A stretch of DNA of 63,606 nt, filler included, from Circinaria calcarea (Eukaryota), in NCBI GenBank assembly GCA_051942165.1. It is 14 parts of 14 records of this genome, joined end to end, with 100 filler letters (N's around TTAATTAATTAA, not from the genome) between each part and the next. Parts side by side here need not be neighbours in the genome. Positions count along the whole stretch, not along the records: positions 50,096 to 54,533 come from JAVECS010002328.1; positions 54,634 to 59,071 come from JAVECS010002329.1; positions 59,172 to 63,606 come from JAVECS010002330.1; 11 more parts are not named here. The stretch is one strand, 5' to 3'. The first letter of the stretch is position 1; each line of letters begins with the position of its first letter. Position numbers and translations under genes: made by a program. Under the pieces are notes generated by a model. That model searched no databases. It was given only the letters and a program-made list of their open reading frames with translations, and was not told the DNA's origin. Of the stretch, positions 51,388 to 63,606 are shown piece by piece.

Positions 51388-53340
51388 ATGTTCATCATAT
51401 ATTCATTCATTGTGCTTGTGCTCTTCCTGAGACTTGCAAGGGCAACAGCCTCAGTTCACGACGACACCTTCACACCACACATAATCCTCCGAGGAACAGT
51501 ACAGAGCGTATCTCAGGCGTGTATCAATCGCCTCTCTGTCCTCATCAACGGGACTTGTCCTGGTCCAGAGATCAGGCTTAGGGAAGGAAAGACAACATGG
51601 ATCCGTGTGTACAACGACATGAATGACCGCAATCTTACGATGGTACTCCTCTACTTCCCTAGCTTCAGCATGTCACGTTGATGTTGATAGCAGTTCAAAT
51701 AGCACTGGCATGGTCTCGCCCAAGCTGCGTCCCCATTTTCTGATGGCACACCGCAAGCAAGCCAGTGGCCTATTGGACCCCTTCATTTCTTTGACTATGA
51801 AATTCACCCTCAGGCTGGGGATGCTGGGACGTATTTCTACCACTCCCACGTAGGATTTCAGGCCGTGTCTGCAGCAGGGCCGTTGATTGTCGAGGATGCG
51901 CATAGGGGTCCATATACCTACAAAGACGAGCGGACTTTCTTCCTTTCTGATCTTTTTAATAAAACGGACAGCCAAATCCAAAAGGGTCTCGAAAGTGACC
52001 CGTTTGTATGGAGTGGCGAAACCAGTACCGTCCTTGTAAACGGCCTTGGCATCACCGTGAACGGAACGAAAACAGGCCCATCGTGCTCGCTCTCTATTAC
52101 TAACGTCGAGCCGGATACCGTCTACCGTTTCCGTTTTATCGGAGCAACGGCACTTTCCCTCGTGTCTCTCGCTTTCGAAGGTCATCCGGAACTGAAGGTA
52201 ATTGAAGCAGATGGCCGGTACACGAAACCGTATTCGACCTCCTATTTGCAGATCGGAAGTGGCCAGAGATATAGTGTACTCTTCAAGACGAAATCCCTTG
52301 CCGAGGTCCGAACAGACCAGACTGGTGGCCGCTCAGCCTACTACCTGCAATTAGAGACGCTGGAACGACCGACTCTGACAAGGGCATATGCTTTGCTAGC
52401 TTACCCCAACCAACGCAAGCAGGGAAATACAACTGTTGCAATCACCACTACCATTCCCGACCCAAAGCCTCTCACATTACCCAATATAACCACAGGCTTC
52501 CTCGACTACCAATTACGACCCCTAAACCCCAATGAGTTCCCACCCCTCTCAGAAGTAACCCGCCGCGTAACAATCACAGTCCAGCAAATCGTCAACGGCA
52601 CCATCACCTGGGCCCAAAACGGTCTCCCCTGGTTCGAATCCTACCCCAAAGTCCCATACCTAGTCTCCCTGTACGAGGACCTCTACACCGCCGACTCCCC
52701 TCATTCGCCTTCCTACACCGACGCCATTGCGAACGGCGGCATGGATAACACCACGCGCACCTTCCCAGCACAGATCGGCGAGGTTCTAGAAATCGTCATC
52801 CAAAACTCTGGCGCCACGAACGGTGGGCTGGACGTCCATCCGTTCCATGCGCACGGCATGCATTTCTGGGATCTCGGCTCCGGAAACGGGACCTACGACC
52901 TCGCGGCCAACGAAGCGAAATTGGTAGGCACGCAGCCTGTGGTGCGCGATACGACAATGCTATACCGCTACGGCACGAAGACGACACCGGGGCTGAATGC
53001 AGGATGGCGCGCTTGGAGACTACGAGCCACGCAGGCGGGCGTGTGGATGATACACTGCCACACGCTCCAGCACATGATTATGGGTAAGAAAAATCCCTCC
53101 TCTCCTCTTCTTCCTTTTGTCGATATACAGATAAGAAAAGCACCACGTAGAAATATGCATGGAGCTGATCTGGCGGGATGTACGGCAGGTATGCAAACGG
53201 TATGGGTATTCGGAAACGAGGAAGAAATCCGCAAGATCCCGTATCCGGATATCGGCGGTTATCTGACTTACGGAGGGAGCGCGTATGGGAATGAGAGTTG
53301 GGCGCCGGTTGTGAATCATTACTTTGATGAGACAGGGTGA
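51388..53340 (+). CDS. Secreted multicopper oxidase (ascorbate-oxidase/laccase-like, AA1)
   Basis: Signal peptide; copper motifs HWHG, YFYHSH, HPFHAHG and HCHTLQHMIMG|M; introns 51643-51702 and 53084-53188. Confidence 0.95.
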
Positions 53341-54300
53341 TGTGGGCGGGGAGTTCTGTTTCGATATTTACAACAGGACGGAAGGCCGAGAGGGTTCCTT
53401 ATATTCGATCCTGTCGAAGTTTTGTTCCGTCGAATTTTCTAGATTGTTTTGGTGTGGTGAATTTGAAGAGCAAGGGATAATTATTAGCGGTGACTGAAAG
53501 ATATGTCATCCCAAATAGGACATAGGACCGGCATTATCAACCATAGTCGAGTATTAGCACCTGCTAGCTATGTACAGATCATGACCACCAATATTCCTCC
53601 TACCCATATTTGCCCCTTTCACTTGTAATCGATTATCCTTGGAAATGGGGATATAGCGACATAGCCAACGTGTAAACATTCCCATCAGAAAACAAAAACA
53701 AAATTGGCCCGTGGTATCTTATATAAATTGAATCCCCCCAGACTCCAAGAAACTCCCGTTTGCAATCATCCGCGACCGTTAGCACCGTCATATCCTCTCC
53801 CGTAATCACTCCTCCCTAAACCGCTCTCGACCCCCTGCATCACCCCATGGGCTTGCGCTCGCGCTCGATCCCCTCTCAGCTTTGGATCTAGGACGCCGGT
53901 GAATTCCCCTGTCTGTCCATGCACATTGTTATCTTCGTCTTCTGGCGCATTAATAAGATCCGACTCTAAGGGGTCGTCGTCCTGGTGGTCGAAGGTCTGC
54001 ACGTCGCCGTTGGACGCTGCATGTGTGTTTGAAAGACCGCCGTTGGGATGATGGGAGGTGGTAGTTAGTGTTGAGAAGATTTGTGATGGTGCTGGGAGTT
54101 TCTATTAACTATTTCTACTATTCTGAATTCGCGGTTATTTATCTCGAAACCAGTTTGTTATAATCCCCATGCATTATTCGAGGTAGTTTCTGATGATAAA
54201 TCGATAGCTTCCTGCGTGATTGGTAGGCTCCAGCATAGCACCCAGCATAGCACCCTGCAGAGCACGCTGCAGAGCACGTTATATAATATAGCAATACATA

Positions 54301-54369
54301 GCATAACATAGTAATAGCATAACATAGTAATAGCATAACATAGTAATAGCATAACATAGTAATAGCATA
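54301..54369. repeat. 16-bp minisatellite GCATAACATAGTAATA, about 4 copies
   Basis: Perfect tandem copies. Confidence 0.92.
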
Positions 54370-54386
54370 CTGCATAATATGGGGAA

Positions 54387-54533
54387 AGCACGCCGTATAG
54401 CATGGAAAGAGCACGCCGTATAGCATGGAAAGAGCACGCCGTATAGCATGGAAAGAGCACGCCGTATAGCATGGAAAGAGCACGCCGTATAGCATGGAAA
54501 GAGCACGCCGTATAGCATGGAAAGAGCACGCCG
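54387..54533. repeat. 23-bp minisatellite AGCACGCCGTATAGCATGGAAAG, about 6.4 copies, running off the contig
   Basis: Perfect tandem copies with no spacers. Confidence 0.95.
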
Positions 54534-54633
54534 NNNNNNNNNNNNNNNNNNNNNNNNNNNNNNNNNNNNNNNNNNNNTTAATTAATTAANNNNNNNNNNN
54601 NNNNNNNNNNNNNNNNNNNNNNNNNNNNNNNNN

Positions 54634-55752
54634 TGGGATGGAGATATCAGATTCCCATGCTACTAGGAATGGGATTCCGGGTAGTCTGCCCAGACATGAT
54701 GGGTTATGGAGGGACTGTATTTCAGAAGCGACCCTAAACTCAATGTCCTTATCACTGAAGCTTTTTCAGGATGCTCCGCTTGTGCCACCGGAATCGATGT
54801 CAAATTATGGCTTCAAAAGGGCCGCTGATGATATCAAAGAATTAGCGAAGCAGCTCGGTACCTCACGAGTAATCTTGGGCGGTCACGATTGGTAAGTCAT
54901 TGTACTCCAAACATTCATTCAGAGCTGTGACTAACCAGCCATAGGGGAGGAGCGGTTGTATACCGAGTGGCACTTTGGCACCCGGGTTTCGTATCGCATG
55001 TCTTCTCCATCTGTATTCCGTATTGGTCTCCCACAAAGGTCAACACACCGTTGGAGGAACTGGTCAAGACTGCACTACCAAATTTCCGTTATCAGTTACA
55101 GCTGAGCAGTGGCGAGGTAGAGAAGCATATTGTCTCCAAAGAGCAGATCAGGCAATTCCTCCAGGGAGCGTACGGGGGTAGAGGCCCGAATGGAGAGGTG
55201 GCATTTACGGCAGAAGAAGGGATACAGTACCGGAACCTGCCTGAAATCGGGGCTTCACCACTACTGACCAAGAAGGTAGGGCACGCTGTAGTGATAGTAT
55301 TAAGGGTGGCTGACCAGTTCCGTTATTAGGAACTGGACTATTATGTGGAGCAGTATGCCAGAAACGGCCTGCACCCGACATGTAACGTTACCGGCATCGC
55401 ATAGGTGGACTCTTACTAATTTGGATAACAGTGAACTGGTACAGGACTAGAGATGTCAACTACCAAGAAGAACTAGAGTATCTTTATTTCATTGTTCTAG
55501 CTTGTCTGGTGCTAAAATCTCATCAGGCTCACCGTGTCGACGATCAATGTCCCGGTTCTTTTCGTCATGGCTACTAGAGATTCAGCGTTACCACCGAAAA
55601 TATCGATAGGCATGGAAGACTATATGCCGAAGCTGACGAGGAAAGAGGTTCAGACGAGTCACTGGGCTCTCTGGGAGGCCCCAGACCAGGTTAACAAAAT
55701 AATTACAGAGTGGCTAGAGAATGTTGCTTTGGGAAGTAGGAGTAACATGTGA
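54634..55752 (+). CDS. Soluble epoxide hydrolase (alpha/beta hydrolase), 5'-truncated
   Basis: WRYQIP, PDMMGYGGT, nucleophile elbow GGHDW|GG, YQLQL, NWYR, and catalytic His in SHWALWE; several introns. Confidence 0.9.
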
Positions 55753-56171
55753 ATGGGCTAGAAGGATACGGGGCATTCGATCTTGTCAAACATAGAGGTT
55801 TTACGAGCAATCCAGCTGAATATGGATGCCGTACACGCAACAATCCCTTTTACCTGCATGACCGTTGGATGTCTCCGCCACGACCTTCCATTTTCCAAGC
55901 ATTCTTGGCCCTTCACAAAACCAAAAGCGAGGTTTCCCAACCATCATCAAGCATCATGTAAAGCTAGACGTTGGATGAGGCCTCTAGCGCGCTTACTAAG
56001 AATACGTACATACTTTAAGGTAAACATGAGATATCCTCGATGTCAATCTGAGGTTAGCGCTAGTGGAAGGATGCCCCTCATGCCACGCCATTCGGACACG
56101 CGCCCCACCAACAGCTATGGAGCAGATGGCCGTGAATCTTTAGAGCTCCGATTAATCCTTGAACGCTCAAG

Positions 56172-57334
56172 ATGCAATCCGGCATCTCAGGTACGTTGAT
56201 CATTTCGTTCAAAGTATACCCAGACCGTTTCTGAGGTCTGCAGCCTCGCAAGAGCTCCACGATGCCTTCAACGCCCTGGTGTCATCCTTTCCCTCGCAAC
56301 GTGGACTCATAGCGACCATCAACAACGAGCAAATCATCCCCACCAAAGCAGTCCAGTCCTCCTCCGTAGATTTCTTCGACGACCTTAAGGCGCTTGAGCC
56401 TTTGATTCAAGACAACGAAGCCGCTTATATCATACTTCGGCGTTACCAAAATGCCCCGGACGGCTTCGTGGCAGTCACCTATGTGCCAGATCATGCAAAC
56501 GTCCGTTCGAAGACGCTATTTGCGGCTACACGGCTGACGCTGGTTCGGGAGCTGGGTACAGAGCGGTTCCGGGAAACGATCTCCGCAACTACTAAGCACG
56601 AGCTCACTGCGGATGGGTGGCGGAAGCACGACCAAAGTGGGGAGCTGAGGGCGCCGTTGACAGAGGAGGAACAGTCGTTGCAAAAGGTCAAAGAAGCGGA
56701 GGCAGAGGCAAGTCGAGGCACGACTTCTCGGAGCAGCATGGTCAATGCTGGGAGGATCAGCTTTCCCATATCTGAGGATGCGCTGCAGGCACTGAAGGAT
56801 TTGCCGAGTGGAGACGATAACCTGGTGCAACTGGTACGAACTCGGGTTGTGGGCAAGGGCATAACGACGAAACTAAACAGAGGAACAGAAATTCGAGGTT
56901 GCCAAAGAAGCCCTTGAGCTCACCGGGGTCAGCTCGACCGATGCTGAGGGACTGGCAATGGCCATTTCTGATACGGCGCCTCGATTTACGTTCTTTCGAT
57001 ATTCGTACGAGTCCGAGGGGCAGAAGCACTCTCCAATCATCTTCATCTATACGTGTCCACCCGGGTCGAAGATCAAGGAACGTATGGTGTATGCATCGGC
57101 CAGGAACAGCGTAGTGTTTATGGCCGGCAATCAGGCCGGCCTCGAGATTGCCAAAAAGGCAGGAACCATCAGTCCGAGTCATTAGATTTTCAATGCTGAC
57201 CGTGCTTTGTTCACTAACAGTTGGAGGCCTCGAGCCCTTCGGAGATTACGGCGGCTACTATTCATGAGGAATTCAACACGAAGCCCGAGCAAAGGCAGGC
57301 TTTCTCCCGGCCCAAGAAGCCTGGTAAACGGTAA
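56172..57334 (+). CDS. TWF1: Twinfilin (two ADF-H domains)
   Basis: MQSGIS|ASQELHDAF, YVPDHANVRSKTLFAATR, PLTEEE, FIYTCP.GSKIKERMVYAS, tail FSRPKKPGKR*; introns 56191-56244, 56834-56888 and 57159-57220. Confidence 0.95.
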
Positions 57335-58229
57335 CGACACGACACTGGTGTGGCATTCGGCGCGCAGCCGAAGGGTCTTGCTCTATCAAGTCCGGGTTTC
57401 TAGCTTTCCAAGCTGATGAAGTAAATGTAAAGGTCACTCAAGCTTCAGCGTGAATAAAAGGTCGAATGAATGCCCAGTGGCCCACGACTGTACTGGTACC
57501 GTAGAGGATGCGCGCGTAAAAGCAGGATCGACTGCATTCGAGCAACCTCGGCCCAAGGGCATCTCGAATAGGGCCGGCGGAAGCGCTATGCCCCCCGCAT
57601 CCAGGTAGGCGTGCCAAGCTCATCACATGTCAGAAGGGCAACGAAGGCTGGAATCTAGTGCAACCGGGTATGGCACCAGCTGGACCTTGACGCTGACTGT
57701 CCGTCTCGGCCGGGAAAATGGATAAAGGGTGGGGTTGCTGAATCCGGGTTGAAGGACGAGAGACGGGAAGCTGGAGCTAGAGCTGTCTTGAATCCCCTCC
57801 CAAGCTCCACCGGGAGCAACAAGGGGGCACTTACTCCGTACCAGCCCGACCCTTTAGCAGTCAAGTGGCCCTTCCGGCCTCGGCTCTCGAGGCAAACCCT
57901 GACGAACGGGTCTGCTACTTCCACCGACTCTTCCGCCTTCTTCATGGGGCTGCGGCTTCATTCAAAAGATGAAGCATGTGCCCGTCGGCCTTTCTCTTTC
58001 TCTTTCCCCTTCTCTTTCCCCTTCTCCCATCCTCTCAACTCATACCAGCGTTCTTACGAGAACACCCGTCCGCGTGGTGGAAGTGTGACTCTTTGCTCTC
58101 GCCGTCATCTCTCCTCACTTACCGAGTAGCTAGCAGCTGCGAGCCGCCAATGGATGGCGGTACTATGCCCACTGTCTCGATCATATAGCACAACTCCCTG
58201 CATTCACAAAACGGTGTGGTTAAAGTACA

Positions 58230-59071
58230 ATGTCAGCCAAAAACATAAATGGAACAGGAGGCAAGAAGCCTGCTTCGGCAGCAACTAACTTAATTGGTTT
58301 GGCTGCTAGACCGTTTCGACGTACAACATCAGGCTGACGGGCGTTGAAGCTGGCGGGGCCGCGGGAATGATGGAGGCATTGGCTTGTCATCCGTTAGGTC
58401 AATCGCGAGTGAAACCCTCTCATGTTTCCTACTGAGATTGCTATAGATACCATCAAGGTTCGAATGCAGCTGTCGCGGCGAGCACGAGCACCAGGGGTAT
58501 GACTCTGGCTCCATAACATTTTGCATAACGCTGGATCTCATACATCATGCCTAGGTCAAACGGCGAGGCTTCCTGATGACAGGAAGAGAGATTATCAAGC
58601 GAGAGACGCCTCTGGGTCTATACAAAGGACTTGGGGCGGTAATAACAGGCATCGTCCCCAAGATGGCCATACGCTTTACCTCGTATGAGTGGTACAAACA
58701 GCTGCTGGCGAACAAAGAGACGGGAGCGGTCAGCGGTCAGGCAACGTTCTTTTGTAGGTTTCTTTGGAAGTTGCATTTGCTGCTTTGGAGTAACCGGTAA
58801 CAGCGGGCCTCGCTGCTGGTGTCACCGAAGCCGTGGCAGTTGTAACGCCAATGGAAGTGGTCAAAATTCGGCTACAAGCCCAACATCACTCGATGGCGGA
58901 CCCACTCGACATCCCAAAATACCGTAATGCAGCGCACGCCACTTATACCGTGATTAAAGAAGAAGGCCTCGGCGCGTTATATCGAGGCGTCTCACTTACC
59001 GCACTCCGTCAGGGGACTAACCAAGCCGTTAACTTTACGGCTTACACGGAACTCAAATCACTCCTGCAGTC
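58230..59071 (+). CDS. SFC1: Mitochondrial succinate/fumarate carrier, 3'-truncated
   Basis: NLI|AGGAAGMMEALACHPL|DTIKVRMQL, GIVPKMAIRFTSYE, PMEVVKIRLQAQ, PKYRNAAHA and LTALRQGTNQA. Confidence 0.93.
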
Positions 59072-59171
59072 NNNNNNNNNNNNNNNNNNNNNNNNNNNNN
59101 NNNNNNNNNNNNNNNTTAATTAATTAANNNNNNNNNNNNNNNNNNNNNNNNNNNNNNNNNNNNNNNNNNNN

Positions 59172-59304
59172 CCTCTCCATGAGGAAGTAGCTGAGGAAGG
59201 TAATGGTCGGAGCATTGCTTCGAGATGGCGTTTGCAGGGGCAAGGAGCACGTCGGAGAGGAGACAAGGTTCCTCCGGTGAGATGTACGCAAACCAACGAC
59301 ACAT
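59172..59304 (-). CDS. Class II (Ntn) glutamine amidotransferase, Dug3/YafJ-like, N-terminal fragment
   Basis: MCRWFAYISPEEPCLLSDVLLAPANAISKQ with the N-terminal nucleophile Cys2. Confidence 0.8.
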
Positions 59305-62300
59305 TGTTGACAGATATCAAGGACTACAGTGGATGAGTGTGTTGCTTTGGTTCTCAATTGGAATGTCTTGCTCGTAATTGAAAACAAGTTGCAGTTATGA
59401 CTGAATGCAGACGGCAGGATCATGAAGGTTTATATTGTCGAGACTTGGAGCATTCGGGCGTGTTCGGTGATCGGCTTGATGCTCCAAGCCTGAGGGAATG
59501 CGGTCGGTACCGTACTATGATCATGCGTCTTGCAGGACATATTCCACAAGACACCGTATCTCTCCTTTGACAATCAACTTTGATAGGCGCACTTGGATGC
59601 ATCTTTGTGGATTCCAGACACCTGTTGGAGAAATCGAGAGTACATGATTGAACAATGGTGAGGGGTACCGCGTCTTGCAGGATGGATTTAGTCGGACGAC
59701 GTGTCTTCCCTTCGAGCATCTACTTCGATAGGCGGGCTTGTGTGCAGCTCCATGTGTTCTAGAGATCCGCTGGAAAGATCGGAAGGATATGATTGAACGC
59801 TGTCGTGAGGGGCTCGAGGGGTTATACCCGCAATATTCTCCGTTGCGCCAGTTCCGTGCACCCCTTATCACCCCTCCTTTTGCTTTGGGAAAGATCTCCA
59901 CCAATGATGTCCGCCGGGGGGTACTACCATGGCGTTAGCTAAGATAGCCGTACTCCGTCCCGCGGGCTATCTGTCAGTTATGGTACGCCTGCAATGATGT
60001 CAGGCATAACAAACCTTAGCGCGAGATTTTCACAACTTTTACAGCGCAGCCAAGCCATGCTTTAAACCTTTAAGAAGATGTAGGTATACTCCAGATCATG
60101 TGTCTATGATAGCCCTCTGCTTTCCTGTAAGTTTTATGCGGTTGTGGTTGAGGTTTCTGGGGGTACCATATTGAACAAATCACGCAAGAGTTTGTTTTGC
60201 CTAGCGCCACGCCGCAGTAGATTCGAGAGCATTGATAGTGACATTTAATGATGCCCCCACAAGACTCTGAAGAACGAGCAAGTCCAGTTGTTGCGATGTT
60301 GTAGATATTCTCGATCTCAAGGATTACCCCACCCTGCTGCCCACCGTAGCTTGAGATTTCTGGAGGCAGCCGCGGACGAAAAGTGATTCCTCTAACGCAG
60401 TGTCGATCGATGCAATGAGGAGGTGGCGAGTCATGAGGACGAATCATGGGTCAAGGTGTGGACCGCCACCGGACAATAGTACCCCGTCGAAGGAGAGGCG
60501 GAAGGGGGACGATGGAAACAAAATGACACGGGAATGGGGAACAGTCAAGGCAGCTGGACAAGAAACCCAAGCAAGAGGAAGGAAGAAAGACGAACGATAG
60601 AGGATTACGAGAGAGGGTAGAGGAAAGATGGTGCTGTATTCTATATACAATATCTGAGGTGATGGATCTAGTCTCACGAAGGACCGCTTAAGTGCAGCAT
60701 ATCTACCAGCGATTTTTATAGGTCCCAGGGATTGGAGTACTACAGAGGGCTAGACACCATCGTGAAGGGGTTCTAAGATCTGCTGAGAAGTACCAGCGTG
60801 CTTTTTAAGGGGCCTGCACCTTTTGCGATTACAGTGGGAAGGATGCCTTAGGGTCATTATCGGACAACCATTCCGAGGTTTAAAAGTGTGGACCTGGTAA
60901 TGGTTTGGTTGCACAACATCTGCAGGCTCAGATTAAACAGGTATGTATGTATGTTCCCCGCATTTTCAACCTTAGGAGTAGCCCCCAATCTCGTGATGTT
61001 GTCATCGTGGTGTCGAGAATGAGCCTTGAGCCAATCCACCTATTCTATGCATTTAGTGATTGGGCGTCTCTAATATGATATGAGCTGAAGGCTTCTCTCA
61101 ATTGTGAAAGCGTATCCTGCAGCCTCGACCTGAAGAGCCTCTCTTTTTGCTTTCAGAGACGGAACTTGGGGGAGGCTGCGTTGCCTAGGTTATAAGTTTT
61201 CATAGGTTTTACGGTATGGTTGATTCGTCGCACAAAACTCAAGGGAGGATCTTGCAGAAAGCATGATTCTCTTAATCAAGACTTGAGTCAAGGCCGCTAA
61301 AAGATGTGCAGGCTGCATTACCAAGCCTATACTATCGGTGCAGTGCGGGCTATCTGCACTGCAACAAAGGTGCACTTCACTATACTGCCCGCTATTTTCC
61401 CAGGGGGACTGTTCATGCCCGATAGCCGAAGTTCTTTACCCCTGGGTTGTTTAGTACTAATTATTGATTATGCTTTAGGTGTCGTGCCGGGCTCTCGTAT
61501 ATAAATCTCTCACAAGGCTAGTAAATGTCCCAATTTGATGCCCCAATTGCCCCAAGTTATCGGACAATGTTAGGTAGGCGCGGAATAACCATAACCCAGC
61601 TAATGAATAACGCGTGCGGAAAGGGCGCCTTGCTTGGGTTAGGTCTGTGATTCGCTTTCTTCTTTTGTTTATATCTTAGGGTTGAGTGTTTTTCAGAGAG
61701 TTCGCTTAGCCGGGTAGCTTTGATCATGAACATAATATAATTCATCCCGGAATCGGAAGTTCTTCCGGTCCGCACGGGGGGAAGTGGCCAGCCCCTTATT
61801 CTGTGTGGGTGACAAAAAGCTGACACGCCATAATATCGACCACCATGATCTGTCGCCTAATTATGTCCACTAAATCTGTGATGATCTTCAAGAGCCAGAG
61901 GCTAGGACGGCATTATAGTCAGGGATTTGACTTAGGCCGAAATAAGTCAGCGTGCCAGATCTTTTGTCACCCTCTAGCATGGCAAGCCCTGTGGAAGACG
62001 AACAACTAGCCTAGCAATAGCCTGTAAGTCCATGGTGACTCTTGGAAGAACCTTGTGCGGCGGAATCTTATTGCCGAGGCATCTCCGGACAGTACGCATT
62101 GACCAAAATCTCATATTATTCTAAGCTTTTGCGCGTGGGTGGAGCGGGCATTAATTCACTAGATCCAAAGGCTTACTTACAGGGTGCGTGGCGTAAGAGT
62201 TTACATAATTACTGTGGTATTAGGCGTTCCTGCGTTAAGGCCCGGAGCTATCTCCGGGCCTTATTTCTGGTTTCTGCCCTGAATAGAAAATAAGAGTAAT

Positions 62301-62766
62301 CACGACACAATCAAAGTGCGCGCGACGTTTTCAAATAGATCTGACATGAGTGTACTCCGCACCACCATTCGTTACGCGTAGCTCGACTCGTAGGGTGCTC
62401 CCGAGGTTGGGCTTTTATAAGGTAAGCTTTACATACCCGGGCTTAGTGCCCGCTCCATCCCTGCACTGAAACTTTGTGCGGTTCCGGAGATGCCTCATGA
62501 TAATGCACTAATCGGAAATCGCTTGGCAATCTTCAGGAATGACGGATTTTGATCAGCCACAAAAGCCCTACGGTGTGGAGCTTTTAGGCAGCAGCTCATC
62601 ATGTATTTAGCCCCCCCCTTACAATCAACCAATCCCTCTACAGAAGATTACAACAGCAAAGTAACATTGGGCGGTCTTCTGTCACACGAATCACGCAAAT
62701 CAGATTTCTATCGGGGGTAAACCCTTGTAGTCTCAAGTATCGACGGGCTATTACCTTTCCAGTACT

Positions 62767-63606
62767 ATGATGTTTGTCGTCCAGCTAGTCCAAGACATTT
62801 TTGGGAAATTCTCCATTTTAACAAATATCGCACTAGGCTCGATATTATTGGTAGGCCCCTGCTGCACATTTCTTTTGAATTGTGGGATGATGACTGGGGT
62901 TAGTATTTCTTTTATGCAGGCGGTATAGCTGCTTACAACGTCTACCTGCATCCCTTGGCCAACTTCCCCGGCCCAAAGTTACGTGCGGGATTCTACGTAC
63001 CTCAGTTCTGGGGACTATTGACCGGGACTGATCATGCTGCTACTAAAAAATTGCACGACAAGTACGGAGACACCGTCCGGGTTTCTCCTGATGTGCTATC
63101 ATTCAATAGTGCTCAAGCGTGGAAAGGTGCGATAGCTCAATGGTCGTTGGAGAAACCCGTGTGGCTGATAAATCCGTACTCAAGATATCTACGGGCACCG
63201 TCCAGGCAAGAAGGAGGTACCGAGGGATCGAATGTTCTTCACCGGAGACGGAAGTGGTGTCGCAGACATCATCGGTATGTTATAACATCTGCAGTGGTTA
63301 CTTTATCTGTCCTTATCTTCAATAGTATCCAACGAGGCTGACCACTCGCGAATGCGCCGTCTACTCAATCACGCTTTCTCCGAGTCTGCTTTGCAGGAGC
63401 AGGAGCCGTTAATCACTAGTTATTTCGATCTACTAATCCAAAAGCTTCACGGACAGATCCAGGGCCCAGCCAATGGCAAGGTCGATATCGCCCGATGGTA
63501 CAACTTTACCACGTTCGATATCGTCGGGGATCTATGCTTTGGCGAATCATTTGACGCTCTGAAGAACGAAGACTATAACTTCTGGATCGCCAACATCTTC
63601 AAAGGC
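62767..63606 (+). CDS. Cytochrome P450 (CYP65-like), 3'-truncated
   Basis: N-terminal TM anchor, intron 62851-62903, HPLANFPGPKL, LHDKYGDTVRVSPDVLSF, AWK|DIYGHR, HSRMRRLLNHAFSESAL.EQE and WYNFTTFDIVGDLCFGESF. Confidence 0.93.

Noticed and set aside
53766..54100. Minus-strand acidic/Gly-rich frame (QTFDHQDDDPLESDL...)
   Set aside because: No ATG or recognisable domain. It could be a terminal exon or remnant, but I cannot support a call.
54387..54533. 23-bp repeats as a CRISPR array or telomere; ORFs 54139-54529
   Set aside because: No spacers, eukaryotic context, and no TTAGGG-type unit. The ORFs are translations of the repeat.
4464..59171. TTAATTAATTAA recurring every ~4.55 kb, resembling a regular array
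   Set aside because: Artificial six-frame-stop linker flanked by N runs between size-sorted contigs. ORFs ending in X...LIN are artefacts of it.
59400..62700. Long intergenic region with TTATCGGACAA twice (about 60857 and 61557)
   Set aside because: Two copies of an 11-mer are too little to call a regulatory site. No RNA gene or credible ORF was found.
4564..63606. PKS, two P450s, multicopper oxidase and epoxide hydrolase as one biosynthetic cluster
   Set aside because: Each lies on a different contig, and their order reflects contig length only.

Overview
Filamentous ascomycete (Pezizomycotina) draft assembly. The window is not a contiguous locus. It is 14 short contigs (about 4,435-4,463 bp, in descending length order) joined by 13 artificial 100-bp linkers (N44-TTAATTAATTAA-N44), so adjacency is meaningful only within a contig. 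The contigs carry intron-containing, often truncated genes. Housekeeping-type genes: CHIP U-box ligase, phytochrome, DUF2011, Rsm1, bleomycin hydrolase, histidine phosphatase, SNF2 helicase, TIM44, Kin4-like kinase, RBR E3 ligase, epoxide hydrolase, twinfilin, SFC1 carrier and a class-II glutamine amidotransferase. Secondary-metabolism or accessory genes: highly reducing PKS with a sulfotransferase-like neighbour, two P450s, a multicopper oxidase, a HeLo-like protein, a NACHT-C2H2-ankyrin NLR, a PPPDE-type peptidase, a 4-TM protein, a 1,064-aa orphan and a small secreted Cys-rich protein. The standout observation is at 47453-47664: a fully base-paired tRNA-Pro(CGG) gene split into four exons. 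It has one ordinary tRNA intron at 37/38 plus two introns that look spliceosomal. One is GT-AG with a branch site, inside the A box. The other is AT-AA with a branch site, inside the T-loop/B box. A degenerate ~150-185-bp satellite occupies much of contig 5. All family assignments come from motif recognition by eye; no searches were run.
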